Assembly (NCBI GenBank): GCA_964016885.1
Contig: OZ024741.1
Coordinates: forward strand, 63,922,001-63,986,000
Source: Eledone cirrhosa
Lineage: Eukaryota
DNA: 64,000 nt
Direction: 5' to 3'
Shown here piece by piece: positions 33,386 to 47,200 of the stretch. Below the pieces are notes generated by a model. That model did not search any database, was not told where the DNA came from, and saw only the letters and a program-made list of their open reading frames with translations. The position numbers were made by a program, and so were the translations under genes. Position 1 is the stretch's first letter; the number at the start of each line of letters is the position of its first letter.

Positions 33386-34837
33386 TAGAAACAATAGTTG
33401 GCAATGTGTAAAGTGACAAAATTTATATTTAAATGAAATTTGTAAACAGAACCCTTTTCAAGGAACCCATTCTTCTTTCTTATCTCCACTGCTGATGAAA
33501 TACACCTGACGCCATTCCACCAAGACTTTTTAGAATAATTTTACTTGTATATGTAAAGGTACTTCACGAGCAGTAACATTTAATTATACCCATGGAAGTT
33601 TACATGTAACACTAGATACGCAACTCTTCATAGTGGGTAAAAGATAATTTTCAATATTAAAACAAAATGTTATCTCCTAATTAATTTTAAAATATATGGA
33701 GAATCTATACTTCAATATCTTACTATTGCCCGGAAATTAAGATTCTCTTTACATTCAGAATTTGTTAAAGTTTTAGAAGGATAAATTTATGACGAACAGA
33801 ATTTACCAATAAAGAAATATTAGCTGAAGGAAGTTGCGCCACTATTATCATTTGATGTGGAACATATTAAATTCAAATCAATAATGTTATATATGAATAG
33901 TTAAGTATCTCATGTTAGTTGTGGTGATGTCATAGTGACATACAGCATGTCTTGGGCACTTCAAACCTGATCAGAGCACAGCCAATTTATTTCAGTAAAG
34001 GAGAGAGAGAGAGATGGGGAGAGAAATAGACAGAGAAGGATTGAGAAGAAGTGAGAAAGATACTTAGTACTGAAGTGGTACATTTATATCGACCTGAAAG
34101 AGATGAAAAGCAAAGTCGCCCTCAATGGGTTTGAAACTCAAAGATCAGAGAGCCGGACCGAATATTGCGATGCATTCTAACGACTCCACCAACACACCAT
34201 CTATCTTTGATATTATCAAAATCTAAATGGTTAGCATTGATCATCGAGGCATTGCTATCTTTATTTTAGGTTCCATTAATACATTTGTCGATAGGTACCG
34301 ACTGGTAGCACACTTCCTTCGTCCAATTTGAAAACCATTCTTATGACAGTTGATTACCACGAATCTTTATTCTTGATTTTTTTGTTCTGATTGCTATTGT
34401 TCAACGAATTTTGTTGTTCGTATAATTCTTACTAACACAATATTTCTCCATCAATGCTTCAACTGGTATTTCAGGGAGTATTGTTATTGCGAATGACACT
34501 AATTAGTATATACTAAATTTGGATCATTTTCGAACACAAACTGATATGAAAATCAGTTTTATTATCCCTTGTTTGAGATTTGCCTTCAAATGATTCAGTT
34601 TACAAAATGGCGCTTGTGAATTTCATTTTAAAATAGAATATTTTATTGACACATTATCAATAATGTCTGTCAGCTATTGTTTCTTTCGCCGGATTTAAAT
34701 ATCTGTTAACTTGAAGCTGGTGTTTTATTTATATACCGGAATGTATGTCTCATCATGAATAATTTTCCAGGAAAATTATGTCTGAGTTTGACATGTGATT
34801 AAGGAGGTGGGGGGTGGTATTATTTATTATTATTATT

Positions 34838-37434
34838 CCTTTTTTCACGCAGTATAGATGTAAAATACACCGAAGTATTTAATCATCTGTCAAGTCACAA
34901 CAAGGACCTCAAACAGATGATGCTTTCCTCAAAATGTGCGCAGTGCCTAGCAAGGTTGATTTTTGTATGACACCAATTTTGCTTGGTATTCCCAATCGCT
35001 TTAAACATCTAGGAGTTTCAAGGGGATTGATCCTAAAGCCCCGATCACAACTGGTATCACTTTCGCATTACCCTCTCGCATTTCAAAGTCTTTCCAACCC
35101 CTCTTTCATTTCGGAGTACTGGTGATTTTTTTCGACCACTTTACTCGCAGTATTCATGTCATTCGGCATGGCTACATCTATCATCTGATAGCATTTGTCT
35201 TTCTTGTTCAACAGGGGTTTCATTTTCACACATTCCTTCCACAAAGTTGAAATTTCTGGGTGTCAGAGGATTTATAGATGTTATACTTCACGGAATTGGT
35301 AGCAAGAGCTTAGTCTTATGCTGTGATTAGAGGGCTCTCAGTAGTACGCTTCAAATCAATTTGCTTAAGCCATGTCAAAAATGTTTTATCCTTTATATCC
35401 TGTGCATTTCTTTTAAACGGCCGGCGCATTCTTGTTTCCAGATCATTTCCCTTATCTTTAACTCTTTGCTTAAACTCTTCCTTACCGGTCATTTCATTTG
35501 TATTTATACCCATATCTTCTGCCGCATATTACAACAACTCTTCGTCGCTGTTTACTAAATATTCTACAAGCATTCTCCGTTCATTCCCTATACAATAATT
35601 GTTTCTACGTTTGGCACAAGGCCAGCAATTACCCAGTGCATTACTGGTACTTTATTTTATCGACCCCGTAAGGATGAAAGGCAAAGTCAACCTCGGCGGG
35701 ATTTGAACTCAAATCGTAAAGGGACGTAACTATGCTGGAAAGCATGGCGTCCGACCCTCTACCGATACTGACAATCCACCTCTAGCATCTGTCTTTCTCT
35801 TCGTGTACAATCTTTTTTATATTTACGTTAGGATATAAGGTTCCGTACAATGTCATTAACTTTCTCGTCTTTCTATTCAACTGAGAAAGAATGCACTATA
35901 TCTAACCACTGTGCCTGCCCAGATATTCATTGGAATGAATAGATTTCTCAAATTCAGATTAGATTTTAAAGTCATTTTTACTCTTTTTAAGTATGTTTCT
36001 CAAACCTTTTCTTTCATTGCTGCATGTAGAATATCATCCACTTCTAAAATCCCAAAAATATTTGTATCCACTATCTTCCGGTTTCCTTACGGCTTCTCCT
36101 GATGGCAGCCTTAATCCACTACAGGCTGCTTTTCCCTCGCTTTTCATATTGCGCACAGAGCATTTGGAGATCCCAAATTCCATACCGATGTCACTGCTAC
36201 ATATGTAGACTGTTTTAACCGAAGAATCTATCTGGTTTTCGGGTTTCCAAAGGATTCATTTCTTGAATACAACTTGATCTTCTACTCTAAAATAATATTC
36301 CGAAGAAAATTTGTGATGTTGTTAGCAATACTAAACATCTGCAGGCATTCGGTAATCCAAAAATCAACTACCATATATGCTTTCTAAAAGTCAATCCAGG
36401 CCATAAACATATTGGTATGTTTTGTTACAATGTCTCAAAACTGTCTTATCGATCACCAGGTGATCTTTGGTACCTTGGGATCTTCCCCTACATACTTTTT
36501 GTTCCCTTGGTAATATCCCTTCCTGTAAAGGAAAAGTATATACCTTCTCCGCAAATATTCTAGTACCTTCCATATTATGTTAAGGCATGCGATAAGCCGG
36601 TAATTTCCCACGGAATTTCCTCTCCGTATTTTATTATAAGCGTTGTTCTTTCCGTTACCACCCAAGAGGTAACTGCATCTCTCTGGACACATTCATTCAG
36701 TTGAGTTGCCAGTCTTTCTTAAATCGCATTGCAGCTCTTCAACTAAAAGACATGGCTGACATCTAAACCGGGAGTTTTCCAGTTTCGTACCTTTGCCACT
36801 TTATCCTTAACATCAACTGTGCTAATGGTAATGCCTGAGAACTCTGTATTGATGGCGTCTCTTCTATACATTAGTCCTTCCCCATATCTAATTCCAGAAC
36901 ACCTTGGTCTGCTAAACATCCTCCCTATTGTCTCCTTCCAAAGTGCGGAAGAATTGTTTGGGATTATTTTGGAATAATCTATTCTCCTCATATTGCTTAT
37001 TTATGTTCACATATATTCTTATCTTCAGGTTTTTCGACAAAATCATGTTTTAATTGTTCCATTATTGTATAGAATCTATTGTTCCGTATTTTATACTTCA
37101 TGTCTAATGCCTTTCGATCAGTCTTTTTTTCCGTTATTCCATTTTTCTCTAAACCATTGCTCACTTTACTTAAATCTTGCCTTAACCCTATTATGTGATT
37201 TTCAATGCTGCGTTTCCACCATGGCTCTTTTGCCATACTCTGGTTTGTTTCGTTAGTTGTAATGCAATAGCTCGGATAAGGTTCCTTGTTTGTGTTATGC
37301 CCTCTATCTTGATATGTGGTCTGATAACATTTATCTTGTTTGTAATTTCATTCATCATATATTCAACGGGGTTTTCTTTGACGGCATTGATCAAATCCAT
37401 TAACTGTCTTTGTATTGTATTATTATTTATGCTT
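34838..37434 (-). mobile_element. Degraded R4/Dong-type LINE
   Basis: Fragments NWKTPGLD, NYRLIACL, EQKVC..GTKDHLVIDK, atggatttgggatctc (MEFG-like region), ESPLITA; C-terminus agcaccttgctaggcactgcgcacattttgagg; (AAT)n tail. Confidence 0.82.
35593..35780 (-). mobile_element. Main-family SINE inserted in the Dong-type LINE
   Basis: Reverse-complement consensus match. Confidence 0.9.
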
Positions 37435-37435
37435 T

Positions 37436-38062
37436 GACGTATAGAGTTACGGCCCTTAACATTCTGAGTTCAAATCCCGCCGAGGTTAACTTTGCCTTTC
37501 ATCCTTACGGGGTCGATAAAATAAAGTACCAGTCATGTACTGGGTAATTGCTGGCCTTGTGCCAAAAGTAGAAACAATTATTATTATTACTATTATTATT
37601 ATTGTGGATTGGCAGTATCGATAGAGAGTCAGACAACATGCTTTGCAGCATAGAGTTATGGCCCTTTACTTTCTGAGTTCAAATTCGCCGAGGTTGACTT
37701 TGCCTTTCATCCTTACGGGATCGATAAAATAAAGTACCAGTCAGGTACTGGAGTCGATTTCATCGACTTTCCCCTCCCCAAATATTGCTGGCCTTGTGCC
37801 TATATAAGAAACAACGATTATGCTGTAGAAACAATTATATATCAGCGTAGAAATAATAATTATTATTATTCGTCGGGCAAACTGCTTCGCAGCAGAGAGT
37901 TACGGCCCTTCACGTTCAAATCCCGACATGGTTAGCTTTGCCTTTCATCATTACGGGTTCGATAAAATAAAACACCAGTAATTCACTGGGGTCGATTTAA
38001 TCGATTTTCCCATCCACAAAACTTATTGGCCTTGTTCCTAAATGAGAACCCATTATTATTAT
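37436..38062 (+). mobile_element. Chain of three main-family SINE copies
   Basis: Copies at ~37436, 37604 and 37870, separated by (ATT)n. Confidence 0.88.
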
Positions 38063-38084
38063 TCCTTGTGACCAATAAATGAAA

Positions 38085-40070
38085 TCATTATTATTTTTAT
38101 TATTTAACTTTTGCATCATGGTTTTCACCAGAAAAATGTAAACAAAGTGACCATCAAGTTTGTTAACCTCAGATAGCTAGTATCTTTCGCAGGATATGGG
38201 CTGAGCGAAGAAGAGCTGATTTGTTTGCAGGCAGGAAATGTTAGGTTGTATTCCAAGTTATTCTAATTTCTTCTTTAATTTTTTTTGGTATCGGCCCCTG
38301 TGCACCAATAACAATAGGAGTCAGCTTTGCTGACACATTCCACAACTTAGCTGTTTCTACTCTAAACTCTGAATAGGTTTTTATCTTTTCCCATTCTTTC
38401 TTTTCAATTCGCTGATCCCTAGGGATTGCGACATCAATTATTCAGCACTTTCTCTCCTCTTTTTCGATCACAATCTTAAGTCTCCGGTGTTCAACAACTC
38501 TGTTAACAGTCAGATCTCACATATCTTTGTTTGCCATTCTCAATTACACTTTCAGGTTCATGGTGATAATATTTTTCCTCCTCTTTGAATCCATATTTCT
38601 GAAAAAATAACAAATGCAAGTGCAAGCCCACCTTCTCCTGGCGTCTCTTGTAATCTTTTTGCGCAAGCAATATGTGCTACATTCTTTACGTTTGATCCAC
38701 ACAACCTACATTTGTCGTTATCACTTTGTCTATGTAACTTCTTCGTTGAATTGGTGCTTACGGCTTGACCTTGGGCGGCTGAAACCAAACCCTCCGTATC
38801 TTTCTTCAAATTTCCATTTCTCAACCAATCCCATGATCTTTCAGTTTTCAGGTGTCAAGTCTACTCTTTTAATTGACCGTGCAAAGGCATTTTCAGAACA
38901 TCCAGAGTTTCCAAATCCCGTGCATGGGAAAAACTATCAAATGCTTTTATACATTCAGTCTAAACAGTACTCAAACTCCTGTGCTTGTTATAACAGTTTT
39001 ACAGAATCATACGGTTAATAAGAAGTTGGTCTTTACAACTGTAATACCCACGGTGATAACAATTATGCTCAATAGTGAAAAAACATGATTTTCATCCATA
39101 AATTAGAAGGATATCTCAGTCGAAAATTCTAGTTTTGTTTGTTCTGTCAGATTTTTGTACCCATGAGTAGAAATATCTCCATCCACATTGTCAATCTATC
39201 TGTCAGCTTGACCTTGCTCTCTTGTGTTTCTGATGCTTTCAATTTCCTGTGAAATCTTTCCTAGTGACAACATAGTTAATACGTTTTTTGGTTTCTCTTC
39301 TGTTACGTATTCATTTCTATCCCTTTCTGATGGTGATAACGCCATATCTTGTACAACATTCTTCTTAATTTCATTTATTAATCTCTTGTTTCTAAGAATA
39401 TCTCTTCTTACATTTGTAAATTTGTGTTCGTCCAGGTTTGGTCTCATTTCTGGATTTCTTACCCTCCACACCATAAAAGAAATTACTGTGTGTTTTCACT
39501 CTGATTAATTGCTCGACCAGTGATAGAACTCTTATATCACTTCTTTATATTCTTCTGAAGTCCATTTGATACGTTGAGTTTTTATGTCTTCTTTATTTCC
39601 CTTCAAGCTGTTCAAATAGATTCTTCTAGTTGTTGTCGAACATGCAGTTTTGTCTATACTGCTCTCATATCCTTTGATTTTTGCATATTTAGCTATAGCA
39701 CATTGCTTTAGTTCCTCTATTATAACACCCCTTTTCCTTTTGTATTGTATTTCCTTGTCAATCTATCCTTAGTATCTAGATTATGCAATGTCCCGTTTTA
39801 TAAAGACTCAAGCTTCCCAATGACCCTCCTTATTTCCTTCATTTGACCATTCAACCACTTCTTCCACTAAGCATCTGACCTTTCTTGTCTGTTTTCCTTC
39901 GTTTTAATACCGAGAAATTTTCACTACATTTGCGGTTGCTTTGAGGTTTTGTTACATTGGTGAAGATTCTTCGCCTCAATGTATGAGACGATCCTCTTTA
40001 CCTTAGCTGTCGTTTCTGTTAACATTTTTCTGTCTACAAATCTTAGATTCATAGGTTTTCCATCATCATT
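38085..40070 (-). mobile_element. Degraded and rearranged R4/Dong-type LINE fragments
   Basis: LKKDTEGLVSAAQGQA, DKCRLCG..NVAHI; N-terminal-like W..RNP fragment at 39196-39474. Confidence 0.75.
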
Positions 40071-40097
40071 ATTCATTTCAACCTTATTATTATTCCA

Positions 40098-40276
40098 GTG
40101 GATTGGTAGTATCGGTAGAGCGTTACTTTCCAGAATTGAGTTATGGTCCTTAACGTTCTGAGTTCAAATCCCGCCGAGATTAACTTTGCCTTTCATCCTT
40201 ACGAGGTCGATAAAATAAAGTACCAGTAATGACTGGGGTAATTGCTGGTTTGTGCCAAAGTAGAAACAACTATTAT
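40098..40276 (+). mobile_element. Main-family SINE
   Basis: Consensus match. Confidence 0.85.
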
Positions 40277-40277
40277 T

Positions 40278-40520
40278 CCGGCTATCAGCTGAGTCCATCA
40301 TGAAGAACGACCCGCCACCCTCCTTTATCCAAGGAGTGAAGAAGGCTGTATTTATATGCCTGGTTGCCATAGTGAGAGGGGTCGTATGGTGAACGCGTCT
40401 GAAAGGGTTGAAGACGGGTACTTTTCTCTTCAGTGAAAAGGAAACTTGTTGGAGAGGGAAGTTCTGTCTTCCAGCCACTTTATTGAAAGGTGGATGAGAG
40501 TGGCGAGAATGTCTCATGTG
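40278..40520 (+). mobile_element. Tx1/L1-type ORF2 3' fragment
   Basis: Homologous to 62205-62480 (gagtccat..tga.ga...ccgcc, tgcctggttgccat, aaagggttgaagacg). Confidence 0.7.
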
Positions 40521-40524
40521 AATT

Positions 40525-41203
40525 GGCCTGCCCAGAACGTATTGGAGCAGGCCAATTTTTGTTGTCTTTTAGGACAGCTCCAATTGGACTAAACCTTTTC
40601 CTCCCTCAGATCTGGGCAGGCTGATCATCCATCCACTTTAGGGGGATGGATACGATAACATGTCAGACGATTATGAGTCTTAGTACCCATTCTTCTGGTA
40701 TATTCTACTGTCCTGTTAATTATCTTAAAGCTATACTGAACAACAGGTACCGCTAAGCTGTTTATCGCAGATATTTTATTATTTGAATTGAACTATATAA
40801 TATTCCGTTCTAACTTTTCTTTCATTTGGATGTAATTTATCCCCACACACACACACATTCAGTGACGCCAAGATATTTGTAAGTCTTCTTTTGATCAAGT
40901 TCCCTTATTTTTGTTTTTATATCCGAGTCTATGTTGGAACTTGCAGTTACTTTGCCTTTCTTCAAAGTCAATTTTGAACATTTTATCATGACCACAATGC
41001 ATGCCTATGTCATCACTAAAATTATTTACTGTCTTGAGTAGATCCTCTAATTTATCATCTTTAGCAAAGAGCTTAAGATCATCCATATAGAAGAGATGGC
41101 TGAAGAGGCCATAGGTAATATTTCTTAGTTCATAAAAAAGAGGGATTGATGCTATAAGGAGAGTAGAGGGGACAGTGAGACTCCCTGAAATATTCTTCTG
41201 CAA
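40525..41203 (-). mobile_element. R4/Dong-type RT fragment
   Basis: SHLFYMDDLKLFAKDD..LLKTVNNFSDDIGM. Confidence 0.8.
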
Positions 41204-41417
41204 TTTATTGTTGTTGATTCGCTTTGTTGTTTTTTACATATTTAAAACGATTATTTTGATATAATTGTTGTTGCAAGGGGTACAAACGGCATTAAGCTTT
41301 ACCTTCAAAAGTGAGACCCATAATATTTGGGCCAAAGGTCCAAATATTTAATTTCATATTCTAAATTTGCGCCGCAAAACCTTTTTAAAAATTACAAACT
41401 TAGATCAAGCGATCAAG

Positions 41418-41600
41418 ATTTCGATAGGGTCGATCATCACTACCTAGCGGCAGTCCTCAAAGCAGTCGACGCATGAATGACTTCCAGATATCTCTGGCCT
41501 GGCAGTGCTACCGGAAAGTTTTGCCATTTCGAGATAAACTCTACGGGCATGGAAGTGTCATGGCGGGTGGGACGGAACCACCGTGCACGCACTCACCGTA
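41418..41600 (+). mobile_element. Internally deleted Tx1-type fragment
   Basis: tttcgatagggtcgatcat (matches ~60862) is joined to cttccaga.atctctggcctggcagtgctaccg (matches ~62001). Confidence 0.7.
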
Positions 41601-42223
41601 GTCACTTAATTCCAATCCAGTATTTCACTAGTGCATATTTTGGGTCTGAGAGGATAAAAAAAAACTTGAATTCAACGGAATTTGAACTTATAACATATTT
41701 ACACATAAATAAATGCTGTTAATGTTTAAAACATTAAAATTATTTTTACAATTGATCCCAATGCAGAAGGGATTTGTATTTTCCTTCCATTGATCCGGTG
41801 GAGAACAGTATAATGAGAACCACCTCTCATTGTCGTTGCCATATATATGTTGAAATGAATTATTGCTGCGTATGCTGAAAGAAATAATAAATAACAAAGA
41901 AAATGTCGTCCCCGAAAGGTATAATATAGTATTGCATTGAAATGTCATTTAATTCTAACAAGTACGTTGTTGGTTTGTTTAATGAATGCATTACTTTAGA
42001 GATGTTTATATAATATACGTTGCAATGTCCGTTCACGGGGAACACTATAAACTAAAAATAACTTTGCAACGTTGTTCGAAAGAGGAAATAAACAAATGAT
42101 TCGGTGTTGGCAAAAGTATGGGTTGAAAACAAAGAGAAAATATATTTTACACTAATTCAGTTCTACTTTCGCGATGATGGCTCAAATTAGCACAAACGAT
42201 TGTGCATTAAAACAGCAGATGCA

Positions 42224-44715
42224 TTAACAACGGCATCGACAATAACAATAGTAACAACAAAAATGGCAACAATAACAACAACAGAATGACAATAAAAATA
42301 GCAGCAGTAGTAAGAACGATAATACCAACAACTTCAACAATAACAACACCAACAACAATGATGATGACAACCACAAGAGCAACAGCAAGACAACAACAAG
42401 AGCAGCATCAACAGCAACAGCAACAGCAACAACAACAACTACATCAACAACAGAAATAACGGCCAAGACATCAGCAGCTGTCATAGAAACAACAACAGCA
42501 GTTGAATCAACGACAAAGAGAAACAACAGAAGCAACAATAACAACAACAAAATCATTCGATATGGACTTGAGTATGAGGTAAGAATATTTGGCTTAGACA
42601 GCCAAATTTGTAAAATTGGACAAAACCTGGGCCAACATAAGTGTTCTGCCTGAGGTGTAGGCAGCAACAGAGTGAAACTCTCTCCCATATTAGCATTACG
42701 TTGAAAAAATGGAGCTGACCCCACAATCGCAGGTAGAGGCAGCTCTTAAGAGCTTAATGCCAAACATCCAACATGTGGCAAGGACCAAGCAGTTTGGGAG
42801 CATCTCGGTAATCTTCAAAAGTGAGGCCCTTCCCTAAAAGGTACTCTGTGGTCCCATGCAAAACGGACCAATTTATTTTCTTTCCCTCTTACGTGGTAAG
42901 GACAAGATCTTCATTGCTGGGATGCCACCAGAAATAGACATCTTGTGGGACCTGGAATGCATAGTCAAAAACACCCATCTGAATCAAATACTTCTCGCCG
43001 GCAGCATTTCAACACACACCAGACTTTCTAGGAAGGTCTCGCCCTTTACTATTAGCGGGTGGCTGGAACGGCATCTTAGACGCATGCAAAGGGGTGCAAA
43101 AGCCTCAAATCCCTGATCAGCCAGTTCCAACTGTCTGACAAGTACCGACAAGATTTCCCGAATACTCCAGTGTAGAACAGGACCAATCGCATAGGGTCAT
43201 CTAGATCGCATATAGATAGGTTTTTCATTAAGTTAGCGGACAGAGATAGCATATGGTGTTACAATTCCAAATGGTCGCTTATTCAGACCATGAATTCGTG
43301 ATTTGCATCGCGCGTAAGGCCTATGGTGACCGGATTAGCACTTTAATTAAGCAAAGTTTGGCAGGAGAAATCGTCAACAACAGGTGATGGGGTGCTCTCA
43401 AGAGAGAGATTAGAGTAGTTATTCATCCAGTACATTTATTAAAAGTTGGGTGACAGTAGTGATGATGGCGCGTATGAATGGGCCTCCTCTCACACTGCGA
43501 CTGAGGGCAGGGCTGGTTTGGAAAGTAGAGGGACATTTTACTGACAGAAGTAGTGGTAGGAAAAATAGAACGGGGCGGAGAGTTAGTAGCTATATTAGAT
43601 GAGGCGATTAGCATTGCAACCGACGTGCTAGCTGCGAGAATGGCATTAGACTATTTCTTCAATGCGAAATACGAAGGCTGCATTGTCAAGGCACGTGGTC
43701 TAAGAAACGAGGAAACAAAAGCTGTTCTAGTTGTCGGGCAATGCACCAGTGGAAATTCCACTCTAGCATTCTAGTGTTGGGAACGTGCGACGATGTTCTC
43801 GGAGAAACTCTAGGTGTCGACGAAATCGAATTAAACTGTCTGTCCTGGAGAACTTTCGAGTCGGGGACTATGGACAATTTCCAGAAATCCCTGACTTAAC
43901 AGTGCTACAGGGGGTTGCTACTGCTTCGAAATAAACTCTGCAGGCGTGGAAGTGCGAGGAAACGGACCTATCCGAGATGTGTGAAGATTTCGCCATCATC
44001 TTCTTTTGGTCGGCAATGGAAGGCAGTTTTCCTCTACCTGGTGGTGGCTGTAGTGAAAGACGTTTTGTGATAAACGCAGCTGAAAGGACTGAAGACTGGC
44101 ACATCTTCGGCCAAGCCTTCATTAACTTCTTCAAATTCTACTCGGAGAGAGAGATGAAAGTGGAGAGGGAAGTTCTTCATTTATTAAAAGTTGACTGACA
44201 GTAGTGATGATGACGCGTATGAATGGATCTCCTCTCAAACTGTGACTGTAGGCAGGCTGGTTTGGAAAGTAGAGGGGCACCCTCCTAGAGTGTTCATGGA
44301 GTATAGGGTGGTTTAGGATTAATGGTGTTTCTGAGTCGCCCTTTGGTGGTACTCCCCACTCTACTCCATTGGGGAATTATCATTGTTATGTATTTTGTTG
44401 TTTATTATTATCTGGGTGGGTGGATTGGCAGCATCGGTAGAGAGTCGGGCGCCATGCTTTGACGCATAGAGCTACGGCTTTTTCCATTCTGATTTCAAAT
44501 CCTGCCGAGGTTAACTTTGCCTTTCATCCTTACGGGGTCGATAAAATAAAGTACCAGGAATGCACTGGGTTAGTTGCTGGCCTTGTGCCAAAAGTAGAAA
44601 CAATTATTATCTGGGTGGGGGGTTACACAGTATTTTTGTAAACCCCCACTGTCCTTGTCTTTTATATTGTCCTTTAAGTGTCAGCCTTTGTTCTCATTAA
44701 AGAAATGATAATAAT
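42224..44715 (+). mobile_element. Degraded, internally deleted Tx1/L1-type element
   Basis: (AAC)-rich 5' tract like 57160-57400; pieces homologous to 59480-60200 and 61900-62560; ends attaaagaaatgataataat. Confidence 0.75.
44421..44602 (+). mobile_element. Main-family SINE with 17-bp TSD
   Basis: attattatctgggtggg at 44404-44420 and 44603-44619. Confidence 0.9.
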
Positions 44716-44729
44716 AATAGTTGTTCTCG

Positions 44730-45120
44730 TTGGCAGAATCGATAGAGTGTCAGACAACTTGCTTAGCGATACATAGTTACGGCCGTATACGTTCTGAGTT
44801 CAAATCCCGTCGAATTTATCTTTGCTTTCATTCTTACGAGGTCGATAAAATAAAGCACCAGTATGCACTGGGTCGATTTAATCGACTTTACTCCTCCCGA
44901 AAATCGCTAGCATTGTTCCTAAAGTAGAAAACATTATTATTAGTAGTAGTAGTTAGTTAGTTAGGACGATGGATTAGTAAAAATCATTCGCGGGTTGGAA
45001 AAATACGTCACGGTATTTTTGTCCGGCTCGGTTTTCTGTCTTCAAATCCCACAGAGCCAACTTTTCATCTCGCCGAAGTCAATAAAATAAAGTACACCTT
45101 AAGTACTCTGGTCAATTCTA
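44730..45120 (+). mobile_element. Two further SINE copies (second one old)
   Basis: Consensus similarity. Confidence 0.75.
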
Positions 45121-45676
45121 TTAACTACCGATACCAACCACCTTTCAACAATTATTGTCAAGAATGATTATTATAAGGTCATTATATTCTTTGGTATCCA
45201 TATTAAGTTCAACGTTCAACGACTGAGATCAAATTCAGTCTTCTTCTTTTCATGAGTTGATAAAATATAATTCTAGTTAATTACTGGAGCCAACCTATAT
45301 AGTTAACCTGTCGAGGATGATCGCATATTTTCATCTTGTTGTCTTTAAAAATAAATCAGCTAACTAGCCTCAATTTTCGTGATGAATAATATCTAATTAC
45401 TCATATAGAACCACCTTCCTCATATTCATTCTTTATCCATCTTCAGAGAATTTTTAAAAGTTAAAAAAGAACTTTCATTCCATTCCATTAGTATCTAGAC
45501 GTTAATGATATGTAGCATACGATATTTCTTCTCCTTCATTACCATCTGCTTAATTAATAAATAATATTTTCAGTAGCAATCATATTCAATTTTTTGTTGT
45601 CTATATTTTGATGTTTTATAGTTTTGTTTTTAATACAACGCGTGTATATATATAATATGTGTGTATGTGTATGTGC

Positions 45677-45737
<61 letters not shown>

Positions 45738-45831
45738 TTTATTAAAATAACAGATTTTAGTCTTCACATTTATACTATACACACACACACACACACATAT
45801 ATAGATATGTGTGTGTGTGTGTGTGTGTGTG

Positions 45832-45876
<45 letters not shown>

Positions 45877-46130
45877 TCCAGATGCTAGAAGATGATTTTA
45901 ATATATTATGTAATTAAAAATGAATCTAATTGATTCAGTCGAGAGTGTTTCGTGTGCAGACCAACAGCCCATGTAATCATGTCCCACCAGAGGTGCGCCG
46001 CTGTCTTAAAATAACTCGATTATTTCAACACAACGAAGAAGTTATAACGTTACTCGGCCTGCTAGAAATAGCAGCGAAATATACATGAAATTACAGCGTA
46101 CTTATCTTTTTTGAAAACGCATCCCTCATA

Positions 46131-46318
46131 ATAATTGTTTCTACTTTTGGCACAAGGCCAGCAATTAATCAGTGTATTACTGGTACTTTATTTTATCGAC
46201 CCCGTAAGGATGAAAGGCAAAGCTAACCTCGACGGGATTTGAACTCAGTTCATAACGGGCCGTAACTCTATGGCGCAAATAATATTGTCCGACGCTCTAG
46301 CGATTTTGCTAATCTACT
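46131..46318 (-). mobile_element. Main-family SINE
   Basis: Reverse-complement consensus match. Confidence 0.87.
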
Positions 46319-47024
46319 ATCATGATACGCCATATTTGTATATTTTTATATATCTTTGTCTGTAATCCTTTAAAATGTACACACAAACACACATGCATCC
46401 AATGCATTTCCTATCTTAGTCATATTTCTACAATAAGAAATTTGCTTTCCAATCACAAGGTCCTGGGTTCTAAGCTTACATTTCTTCTTCTTCTTCTTCT
46501 TCTTCTTCTTCTTCTTTGTCTTCTTCACCTGCATATACCAGGGAGAGTCGTGGGAGTAGATGCCTTCCAGCGTCAGAAGTTCATACATTTAATCCTGTAT
46601 GTCATTTGTTGAATATTTATATAATCATATCTCAGAAATAAATTACTAAAATATTCCTATCTTCAACAATAGTTTCTTATATGCAAACCATTAATTTATC
46701 AAAAAGAAAATTTCACAGTTTGTAAGATTGGTCATATATCTGGTAATCCTGGTATATATGACATACCAGCCTGAACTCCAGATTTTAAATACAGTCAAAG
46801 CTATTGCCGTCATTATTGACGGCATTGGTCTAATAGTGAAATAATATAGTTCCACAAGAGGTTCACAAAAAAGGGGAATCTCACGACTTGAACGCTTTTC
46901 GTTATGGGTTGAGGTTGTTCAGATATAAAATGGGTAAACCAATACAAAAATCAACCTCCCCAGTCTACTTCAAGCCAACGTGGAAACATCTACACCAGAG
47001 TTTCTCAAAGTTAACGATATTATT

Positions 47025-47200
47025 TGGATTGGCAGTATCGGTAGAGAGTCGGACGCATCATAGAGTTATGCCCCTTTACGGTCTGAGTTCAAATCCTGCT
47101 GAGGTTAACTTTGCCTTTCATCCTTACGGGGTCGATAAAATAATGTACCAGTAATGCACTTGAATAATTGCTGACCTTGAGCCAAAAATAGAAATAATTA
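47025..47200 (+). mobile_element. Main-family SINE
   Basis: Consensus match. Confidence 0.85.

Noticed and set aside
33485-33578. CTGATGA with actgct/agcagt flanks
   Set aside because: No GAAA or NUH in the proper position.
42224-42724. 166-aa hydrophobic minus-strand ORF (also 57138-57614 and 58092-58742)
   Set aside because: Antisense reading of (AAC)-rich ORF1 tracts of Tx1 elements.
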